From contig NC_014972.1 of the NCBI RefSeq assembly GCF_000186885.1, positions 3,150,001 to 3,182,000 of the forward strand: a stretch of 32,000 nt of DNA, in the 5' to 3' direction. Below are positions 18,952 to 26,584 of the stretch, one piece after another. Made by a program: the position numbers and the translations under genes. Each line of letters starts with the position of its first letter. Position 1 is the first letter of the stretch. This DNA is from Desulfobulbus propionicus DSM 2032. GTDB lineage: Bacteria; Desulfobacterota; Desulfobulbia; Desulfobulbales; Desulfobulbaceae. Below the pieces are notes generated by a model that saw only the letters and a list, made by a program, of their open reading frames with translations, did not search any database and was not told the origin of the DNA.

Positions 18952-21900
18952 GCGTTTGCCGTGGTTGACGGGGGAAGCAGACTGTCGCCCTGCCGCAGCA
19001 GGGCATCAAAGCGCTCGGCCGGGACCGGCGGACTGGCCAGATAGCCCTGAATCAGCATGGGACCCATGCCCTGCAGGAAACCCAACTGCTCCGTGGTTTC
19101 CACCCCTTCGGCGACAATGGCCAGATGCAGGGTTTGGGCCAGGGAAACGATGGCCTCGACAATGGCCCGGCTGTCGGCGTCGCTTTCAATGTCGCGGATG
19201 AACGAACGGTCGATCTTGAGCCCGTCCAGAGGCAGGCGCTTCAAATAGGCCAGCGAGGAATAGCCGGTGCCAAAATCGTCCAGGTAGAACTTGCCGCCAA
19301 TGTCCCGCAACGCCCCGAGGATATGCTGGGCCCGGTCGATCTCCTTCATCAGCAACGACTCGGTGATTTCAAAATAGAGCCGGCCCGGTTCCAGCCCGGT
19401 GTCCGCCAGCACCGCCAGGTAGAGTTTGACCAGCTCCTGGTCGGTGAACTGGCGGGACGACAGGTTGATCGACAAGCCCAACCGATACCCCGCATCCTGC
19501 CACGCTCTGGCCCGGCCGGCGGCGGTGCGCAGCACCCATTCGCCCAAGGGAAGGATCAGTCCCGATTCCTCGGCCAGGGGGATGAATTCGCCCGGCGCGA
19601 TCAGCTCGCCTTCGTGCCGCCAGCGTACCAAGGCCTCGGCGCCGTGGATCTTGCCGGACCCGCTGCTCACCACCGGCTGAAAATGCAGTTCCAGCTCCCC
19701 TTGTTCAATGCCCCGGCGCAGCTTCGATTCCAGGGAAATGCGGCGATGGGCCTGGGCATCCAATTCGGGGGTGAAAAACTGGTAATTGTTCCGGCCGAGC
19801 TGTTTGGCCCGGTACATCGCCATGTCGGCATTCTTGATCAGCGTGTCGGCGTCGGTGCCGTCGTCGGGCGCGATGGTCACTCCGATACTCGCGCCGATGA
19901 AATATTCAATATCCTGATGGTGAAACGGTTGCCGCAGACTGTTCAGCAGGCGCAGGGCAACAAGACCGACGTCATCGACGCTGTCGACCTCCGGCAACAG
20001 AATGAGGAATTCGTCGCCTCCCTGGCGCGCCAGGGTATCGCCGATCCGCAGCTGCTCCTTGAGCCGCCTGGACAGTTCCACCAGCAGGTTGTCGCCGGCC
20101 ACATGGCCAAACCCGTCATTGATGTTTTTAAAATGGTCGAGGTCGAGAAACAGCAGGGCCGCCTTGACGCTCTTGCGCTTCATTCGAGCCAACGCCATCG
20201 CCAACCGGTCATTGAGCAGCACCCGGTTGGGCAGATTGGTGAGGGCGTCGTGCTGGGCCTGATGTTCCAGAGCCTCCTGCTGCCGCTTTAATTCGGTGAT
20301 GTCGTGAAACAGGCCAATGTAGTGGGTGACCCTGCCCAGCGGATTGCGGATGGCGCTGATGGTCAGCCATTCCGGATAGACCTCGCCGTTCTTGCGCCGG
20401 TTCCAGAGCTCGCCGGCCCATTGCCCCTCCCTGGCCAACTGGTTCCACATGGCCTGGTAGAATGCGGGCAAATGCTTGTCCGACTTGAGCATTCTCGGAT
20501 TCTGGCCGATCGCCTCCGCCGGTCCATACCCGGTGATCACGGTAAAAGCCGGGTTCACCTGCAAAATGGTGGCGTCGGCATCGGTGACCACGATCCCTTC
20601 AATGGAGTTGTCAAACACCTTGGCCGCGAAGACCAGTTCCTCCTCGGCCTGTTTGCGTTTGGTGATGTCCCGGATCACGGCAAGGTTGTGACGGCGCTCC
20701 TGGTCGCCGCTCCAGAGCGGAGAAACCGATATCAACACCCACACGATGGAGCCGTTCTTGTGGATGTAGCGTTTTTCCACGGTGAACTCGGGAATCCTGC
20801 CGGCCACCAAGTCCCGCCGCTGCTGCCGATCGAGCAGAATATCCTCCGGATAGGTAATGTCGCGGAAAGATCGCTCCAGCATCTCTTGCTCGCTGTAGCC
20901 AACAATGTCGCAGTATTTGCGATTGATCCTGAGGAAACGGCCTGTCCGAGCGTCGACCTGGGCCACGCCGACGCTGGCCAGCTCGAAAAAGGCGCGGAAA
21001 CTGCGCTCGCTGGCGGCCAGGGCCGCGGTCCGTTTTTGCACCTCGTGCGCCAGCCGGGCATTGAAGAACAACAGCAAGACGCCAACCCCCATGCCCGCCA
21101 GCAGCACCCCGGCCAAAACATAGAGGGCCAGCCGGATCAGGCGCTGTCTACCAAAGGCCAACTGTTCCTGGATTTGGGGATAGAGAAAGCCATCAAGGCT
21201 GTAGCCGGGCGGCATCATGCCCAATTGCGCGTAGGTATCGGCGATAAGCCGCCACCGTTCCGGATTCATATAGCCGATCCCAAAGAGTTCGGGCTGAATC
21301 AAGGACCGGATCATGTTGGCCTCGAACAGCAGGTGCTCCACGGTCTTTTCCCGTGAATACCGATCGACGATCAGTTGCGCCATTTCTTCCGGATGGGCCA
21401 TCGCATACTGCCACCCCCGCTGCACCGCCCGGAAAAAGGCCTCGGTTCGCTTGGGATGCGCCCTCAGTTCAGCCTCGGTGGTCACCAGGCAATCGCCGTA
21501 AAAATCGATCCCGTATTGCATGGGTTTGAGGAGCGCGGGTTCTACGCCCCGTTGTCGCAGCAGATAGGGTTCGTTGGTCAGATAGCCGGTCTGCGCGTCC
21601 ACCCTGCCCGAAATCAGATCATCCAGGTCCCAACTGTGAGTCACGATGGTCAGTGTTTCCAGCGGCACGCCGCTGTTGATCAGCATGGCCTGATTTTCCG
21701 GATCGGAATCGGCGGTCAACATCAGCCGTTTTCCTTTCAGGTCCTGCGGGGTCGTGAGGCCGGCCTCTTTTTTGGTCATGATGACCGTGCCCGAATGCTG
21801 AAAGATGGCTCCAAGCACCACCAGGGGACGGCCCTGCTGACGTTCGATCAGAACAGCCGGCGACATCACCGCATACTGCACCTGACCGGAAAGGAGCAGG

Positions 21901-22205
21901 TCGGAGGGCTTCAGGCCGGGCTTGGCCGGCAGCAGTTCGACCTCCAGCCCCGCCTCGCGGAAATAGCCCTGGGCGACCGCCGCGTAGTAGCCGGCGAATT
22001 GAAACTGATGCGTCCACTTCAGCTGCAGGCGCACGCTTTCCAGGGGGCGTTCCCCGGCGCGGACGGGTGCCTGCGAAACAACGAGGGACAGAAAAAGAAA
22101 CAGCAGCATACCGATCAAGCGGCGTGCGGCATGCCGGAAGCACACGCGGAATGCCTGGAGGCGCCATGCCATGGAATGCGGTACCGCTGGAAGGGCTGAA
22201 AACAC
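18924..22205 (-). CDS. NMT1/THI5-like solute-binding domain fused to TM-PAS-PAS-GGDEF-EAL (cyclic-di-GMP signalling protein)
   Basis: 1093 aa with GTG start and GGAGG RBS. Signal-peptide-like N-terminus; VRLQLKWTHQFQFAGYYAAVAQGYFREAGLEVELLP; GGDEF with upstream I-site RIGD (RIGDTLARQGGDEF); EAL with GAEALVRW, ITESLL, DDFGTGYSS, LKIDRSF, EGVET. Confidence 0.93.
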   Translation of the reverse strand: MFSALPAVPHSMAWRLQAFRVCFRHAARRLIGMLLFLFLSLVVSQAPVRAGERPLESVRLQLKWTHQFQFAGYYAAVAQGYFREAGLEVELLPAKPGLKPSDLLLSGQVQYAVMSPAVLIERQQGRPLVVLGAIFQHSGTVIMTKKEAGLTTPQDLKGKRLMLTADSDPENQAMLINSGVPLETLTIVTHSWDLDDLISGRVDAQTGYLTNEPYLLRQRGVEPALLKPMQYGIDFYGDCLVTTEAELRAHPKRTEAFFRAVQRGWQYAMAHPEEMAQLIVDRYSREKTVEHLLFEANMIRSLIQPELFGIGYMNPERWRLIADTYAQLGMMPPGYSLDGFLYPQIQEQLAFGRQRLIRLALYVLAGVLLAGMGVGVLLLFFNARLAHEVQKRTAALAASERSFRAFFELASVGVAQVDARTGRFLRINRKYCDIVGYSEQEMLERSFRDITYPEDILLDRQQRRDLVAGRIPEFTVEKRYIHKNGSIVWVLISVSPLWSGDQERRHNLAVIRDITKRKQAEEELVFAAKVFDNSIEGIVVTDADATILQVNPAFTVITGYGPAEAIGQNPRMLKSDKHLPAFYQAMWNQLAREGQWAGELWNRRKNGEVYPEWLTISAIRNPLGRVTHYIGLFHDITELKRQQEALEHQAQHDALTNLPNRVLLNDRLAMALARMKRKSVKAALLFLDLDHFKNINDGFGHVAGDNLLVELSRRLKEQLRIGDTLARQGGDEFLILLPEVDSVDDVGLVALRLLNSLRQPFHHQDIEYFIGASIGVTIAPDDGTDADTLIKNADMAMYRAKQLGRNNYQFFTPELDAQAHRRISLESKLRRGIEQGELELHFQPVVSSGSGKIHGAEALVRWRHEGELIAPGEFIPLAEESGLILPLGEWVLRTAAGRARAWQDAGYRLGLSINLSSRQFTDQELVKLYLAVLADTGLEPGRLYFEITESLLMKEIDRAQHILGALRDIGGKFYLDDFGTGYSSLAYLKRLPLDGLKIDRSFIRDIESDADSRAIVEAIVSLAQTLHLAIVAEGVETTEQLGFLQGMGPMLIQGYLASPPVPAERFDALLRQGDSLLPPSTTANANGPAPRYP

Positions 22206-22370
22206 GACGGTATACCTCCAGTCATGAATGGGTAAACAGATGCTGGAGCAATGGTAGCAACACGCTTACGCGAACTCAAGGCGAAAGGCGGCGCAGCCTT
22301 TCTTTGTCGTGCGCCGGGAAGAGGGGAGCGGTACCGCAGGGAGGGAACCAGCGCTGTCGGCCGGGCCCCA

Positions 22371-22411
22371 TTGCCGTGGCGCCACCGCACGTTTGGGCGG
22401 CGCCACGGCAA
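22371..22411. repeat. Perfect 13-bp inverted repeat 3' of the chemotaxis receptor gene
   Basis: TTGCCGTGGCGCC (22371-22383) and GGCGCCACGGCAA (22399-22411), 15-nt loop; T5 follows on the plus strand. Confidence 0.8.
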
Positions 22412-22419
22412 TTTTTCGA

Positions 22420-24591
22420 TCAGACCTTGAATCGGCCGACAAGGTCCTGCAGTTTATTGGAAAGGTCCGACAACTCCACGGCACGTTCGTTGATCTTGCC
22501 GATGGAGGCGGAGGCTTCCTGGACCGACTGATTGACGCCGGTGATCTCGCTGGTGATCGAACCAATGACCACCGACCCCTGGCTGACGTTATGATTGACC
22601 TCCTGGATGCCTGCCGAGGTCTGGGAAATGTTATCGGCAATCTCCTGGGTCATGCCGGCCTGCCCCTCGACATCCTCGGCGATCGACGCCACATTTTCGC
22701 TGACATTCTTGAAAATATCCAGGATCTGTCCCACCTCGGAAACCGTTTCATCGGTCGAGGTCTGAATGTTTTCAATCTGTTGCTGCACCAGTTGCGTGGC
22801 CTCGGCGGTCTGCTTGGCCAGATCCTTGACCTCGGAGGCAACAACCGCAAAGCCCTTTCCGGCCTCGCCGGCGCGGGCTGCCTCAATGGTGGCGTTCAAG
22901 GCCAACAGGTTGATCTGATCTGAAATATCGGAAATCACTTCCGTGACCTTGCTGATTTCCGAGGCGCTTTGCCCGAGATTGCCCAGCTTTTCCGACACCT
23001 CGCCTGCCTTGAGGACGGCGGACTCGGATATGGTTCGCGACTCCTCGGTTTTCTTGGCAATTTCCCGCACGGTCAGGGTCAGGTTTTCGGTGGATGCGGA
23101 GACCATGTTGACATTGGTGGCGGCCTGTTCACAGGCCGAAGCGACCCCGCTCATGGTGACATCCATTTCCTCGGTGCTGGTGGCCACCGATCGGGAGCGT
23201 TCGGCCATGGACTCCGCGCCCTCCTTCATTTGCCGGGCGATGCCCGAAAGCGAGGCGGACGCGGTGTTGAGCGAACCGGCGTCATCCACGATCTGTCTAA
23301 TCAGTTCCTGCAGTTTGTCCATGAACAGGTTGAACCAGGTCGCCATTTCGCCGACCTCGTCATTGGCCTTGATATCCAGACGCTTGGTCAAATCCCCTTC
23401 ACCCTCGGCGATGTCCTTGAGCATGTCGACCGTTCCCCGGATGGGCCGGACAACGCCTCCCGCAGCATACCACAAGAGGGCGATGGCGAGCACGCTGGTC
23501 GCCGCGCCGGCACCGATCAGCATCGAGGTGCTTGTCCGGCCGGCGGCCGACAACTCCTTGTCCAGGGCGATGGCATCGGCCAGCACCGTTTCCTGCTTGA
23601 CCCGGATCATGACCGACCAGGGCTTGCCGGTCCGGCCCAGGGTGATGGGGGCGAACACTTCAAATTGCTGGTTTTTCTGGTTGAGCGCGGCGACGCTGTT
23701 GCCTGCCTGGATGTCGCGCAGATTCTGCTCCCATCCCTCGGTAATGACATTGTTCAACGGGCTGCCGATCAGATCCGGCTTTTCGCTATGGGCGACGATC
23801 AGCCCCATGTTGCTGACAATAATGATCTCCCCTTGACCATCAAACAGTTCCCGGTCGACATTCTTGGCCAATTCCTGAACGAAATTGAGGTTATAATCGG
23901 TTCCGGCCACGCCATAGAATTTCTTGTCCACCAGAATCGGCACCGACAGGGTGGTCAGCCACACCTGCTTGCCCTGGACAATGTACGGAAAAGGGTCGAG
24001 CACGCTCTCGGTATGATTTTCGCTGGGATTGATGTACCAGCCGCCCTTGAGCACACCGTTGGGATGTCGATCCCTGGTATCGTATTCCACCAGGGGCTGC
24101 ACGGCGATATTCCCCTTTTCGTCCCGGTTCCAATAGGGGGTGAAACGGCCGGTCTGCTGGTTGTTGCCGTCTTTACCGGTGGCAAACTCGGCATCCCTGC
24201 CATCCAGCGCATTGGGCTCCCAACAGGAGTAGGTGCCGTTGAAATTGGGATTATTCTTTAATACCTTGAGCAAAATGCCGTTGATCTGCTCCCGGCCGAG
24301 TTCCAACCCGCCGTTGTCCTTGGATTTGGCCAGCATGAACACATCGGCCATGGTGCGGGCCGCATCCAGGGCCACGTAAAATTCGGCCTGAATCTTGCCG
24401 CCATAGTCGCGCGCCAAATTTTTCAAGCCATCCAGGGACCTGGTTTCGATCAGCTTGGACACCCGGGTATTGACCAGTTGCTGATTCGAGCGGGCCGTGT
24501 AAAGACTGTAGCCTACGAGCACCGCCGAGGAAACAATCAGGCAGACTCCGGCAATGCCAGCTATTTTCGTGCGTACAGATGTAATGTTCAT
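22420..24591 (-). CDS. Methyl-accepting chemotaxis protein (Cache sensor, HAMP, signalling domain)
   Basis: ATG at 24591 is preceded by GGGGAGAG. Periplasmic region with TYSCWEPNALDGRD...WLTTLSVPILVDKKFYGVAGTDYNL; HAMP; DQINLLALNATIEAARAGEAGKGFAVVASEVKDLAKQT. Confidence 0.95.
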   Translation of the reverse strand: MNITSVRTKIAGIAGVCLIVSSAVLVGYSLYTARSNQQLVNTRVSKLIETRSLDGLKNLARDYGGKIQAEFYVALDAARTMADVFMLAKSKDNGGLELGREQINGILLKVLKNNPNFNGTYSCWEPNALDGRDAEFATGKDGNNQQTGRFTPYWNRDEKGNIAVQPLVEYDTRDRHPNGVLKGGWYINPSENHTESVLDPFPYIVQGKQVWLTTLSVPILVDKKFYGVAGTDYNLNFVQELAKNVDRELFDGQGEIIIVSNMGLIVAHSEKPDLIGSPLNNVITEGWEQNLRDIQAGNSVAALNQKNQQFEVFAPITLGRTGKPWSVMIRVKQETVLADAIALDKELSAAGRTSTSMLIGAGAATSVLAIALLWYAAGGVVRPIRGTVDMLKDIAEGEGDLTKRLDIKANDEVGEMATWFNLFMDKLQELIRQIVDDAGSLNTASASLSGIARQMKEGAESMAERSRSVATSTEEMDVTMSGVASACEQAATNVNMVSASTENLTLTVREIAKKTEESRTISESAVLKAGEVSEKLGNLGQSASEISKVTEVISDISDQINLLALNATIEAARAGEAGKGFAVVASEVKDLAKQTAEATQLVQQQIENIQTSTDETVSEVGQILDIFKNVSENVASIAEDVEGQAGMTQEIADNISQTSAGIQEVNHNVSQGSVVIGSITSEITGVNQSVQEASASIGKINERAVELSDLSNKLQDLVGRFKV

Positions 24592-24817
24592 TCTCTCCCC
24601 CCTTATTGTGTATATCTGGTGATTGCACGGTCCAAAAACGTACAGCCGTATCACGTCCAAGTTATTGCGCCGGCGCCAATATTCCCGGAGCAGCACCCTT
24701 GACCTTATGGACGAGTGCCCCACCCTTTGCCTGGCATGGGGCGGCAATGACCATTTAGCAATTCACATGCCTAATTTTACGTTGTCCAATCAACGTGTTA
24801 CAAGAATGAAAATTATC

Positions 24818-24842
24818 GAGCCGGGTCATTTTGACCCGGCTC
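24818..24842. repeat. Perfect 11-bp inverted repeat in a large intergenic region
   Basis: GAGCCGGGTCA-TTT-TGACCCGGCTC; arms 24818-24828 and 24832-24842. Confidence 0.85.
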
Positions 24843-25233
24843 AATGGCAAAAAGAAAGCGAAAGAATGCGCATGCGCATCAAAATCACAATAAAATCAAA
24901 CAGATTCAAGAAAGAGCAAACCAAGTGTCACATCGTCTCCGAAAGGATTGCCCGGGACAATTTGTCCCACAAAGTGCCACCTCCGGCCGGGTACCCAATC
25001 CGCCCAATGCTGTGTTCGGCATGCGTTCCTGCCACATCGCCCACCAGGAGGTGACAACGGGGCAATCATCGACAGCGCTGGGCAAAATTCTCTTTTGCCG
25101 GGGCAAGAGGTTGTTGCATAACGGATGGAGGGCGTATAGTTTTCGCTGAACACGCCAGGTCGTTGTGACCCTGAAAAAAACGGCGAACCGCTTTCCAGCA
25201 GCCCAGTCCCAACTCTTTCTTCTGCGGGGCGAT

Positions 25234-26460
25234 ATGAACGATACGGCTTTTCTCCAGCTGCCGAACTGGCTGCGGGACATTCTCCACGACCCCTTCCGCA
25301 GAACCCTCTTCCTCGGCCTGATCCTGCTCGGACTCTGGCTTGCCTGGTCCGAGAGTACGGGGCAACGACACCTTGCGCCCCAGGAGCGGCAAATCGCCTT
25401 CTTTTTCCATCCCCAATGCCCCCATTGCCGCGCGCAGAAGGCTTTTATCCCCTATCTCCAGGCCAAATACCCCGAACTCTCCTGGACATCGTATGACACC
25501 TCCAAGCCGGAAAACGTCCGCCTGCTGGCCGAGTTCATGGCCCGCAGCGACCCACCGGCCAGGGGCAGCGGCGTCCCCATGACCTTCATCGGCCCCTATG
25601 CGATCGAAGGATTCGATGCCCCGGAGACCACCGGCGTGCGGCTTGAGCAGGCCATCCGGGCGGTGCTGCACAACGATCCCACTCTGTTTGTGGAACAGAA
25701 TGATCGCGGCGACAGTCGGAAGACCGTCACCCTGCCGCTCTTGGGCACAATCCGCCTGGCCGAGTATTCGCTGCCCGCCCTGGCGATGCTCCTCGGCCTC
25801 GTCGATGGGTTCAACCCCTGCGCCATGTGGGTTTTGGTCTATCTGATCACCCTGATCGTCAGTCTCGGCGACCGCCGCAAGATCTGGCTCCTGGTCGGCA
25901 CCTTTGTGGCCAGTTCGGGGATCCTCTACTTTCTCTTCATGACCGCCTGGCTCAATGTCTTCCTCTTTCTCGGCTACCTGCGCATTCTGACGCTGATCAT
26001 CGGCCTCGGCGCCCTGGGGGCGGGCATCCTCAATATCCGCGAATATGTGCACACCAGGGGGCAGCTCACCTGTGCCGTCGGCGATACCGCCGCCCGGAAA
26101 CGGACCATGCACCGGATCGATCGGATCGTCGATGCGCCGCTGACTTTTTTCACCGTCTTCAGCATCATCGTCCTGGCCTTCATCGTCAACTCGATCGAGT
26201 TTGCCTGTTCGGCGGCCCTGCCGGCCATTTTCACCCATACCCTGGCCCTGCGCCATCTACCAACCATTGAATACTACGGCTATATTCTGCTCTATGATTT
26301 CTTCTTCATGCTTGATGACCTGCTCATTTTCAGCCTGGCGGTCCTGGCCCTGGATACCAGCATCGGCCAACGCTACGCCGGTCATTGCCGGATTGTCGGC
26401 GGGGCGGTGCTGATCGTGTTGGGGTGCGTGATGGCCTTTCGGCCGGAATGGTTGCGTTAG
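25234..26460 (+). CDS. Membrane protein with an N-terminal thioredoxin/glutaredoxin-like CPHC domain and a CcdA/DsbD-like transmembrane region
   Basis: IAFFFHPQCPHCRAQKAFIPYLQAKYPELSW, then hydrophobic segments with LVDGFNPCAMWVLVYLITLIVSLGDRRK and NSIEFACSAALPAIFT. ATG at 25234 chosen over the GTG-type upstream start at 25165. Confidence 0.82.
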   Translation: MNDTAFLQLPNWLRDILHDPFRRTLFLGLILLGLWLAWSESTGQRHLAPQERQIAFFFHPQCPHCRAQKAFIPYLQAKYPELSWTSYDTSKPENVRLLAEFMARSDPPARGSGVPMTFIGPYAIEGFDAPETTGVRLEQAIRAVLHNDPTLFVEQNDRGDSRKTVTLPLLGTIRLAEYSLPALAMLLGLVDGFNPCAMWVLVYLITLIVSLGDRRKIWLLVGTFVASSGILYFLFMTAWLNVFLFLGYLRILTLIIGLGALGAGILNIREYVHTRGQLTCAVGDTAARKRTMHRIDRIVDAPLTFFTVFSIIVLAFIVNSIEFACSAALPAIFTHTLALRHLPTIEYYGYILLYDFFFMLDDLLIFSLAVLALDTSIGQRYAGHCRIVGGAVLIVLGCVMAFRPEWLR

Positions 26461-26584
26461 GAAGGAAGACGCAGGGACGATTCGAACGCACCTGGCGGGG
26501 GCGGGGGGCAGGTTTCCCTGCTTTCCGAGGCGATCGCCGTCCTGATTGAGGAAAGAAGCGGACTGAAGAGGCCGTGAGCCCTGG

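Noticed and set aside
19125-22199. Plus-strand ORFs of 388, 350 and 274 aa
   Set aside because: Antisense to the THI5-GGDEF-EAL gene; its minus-strand frame carries intact catalytic motifs throughout.
22969-24261. 430-aa plus-strand ORF
   Set aside because: Antisense to the chemotaxis receptor, whose conserved signalling tip is clear on the minus strand.
22420-24747. Start of the chemotaxis receptor at 24747
   Set aside because: The 52 extra residues are Arg-rich and not signal-like. ATG at 24591 has a good RBS and is followed directly by the TM segment.
24623-25149. Short plus-strand ORFs (143 and 101 aa) and overlapping minus-strand ORFs in the intergenic region
   Set aside because: No RBS or family resemblance, and they overlap each other in several frames. 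Kept only as a caveat for the intergenic-region finding.
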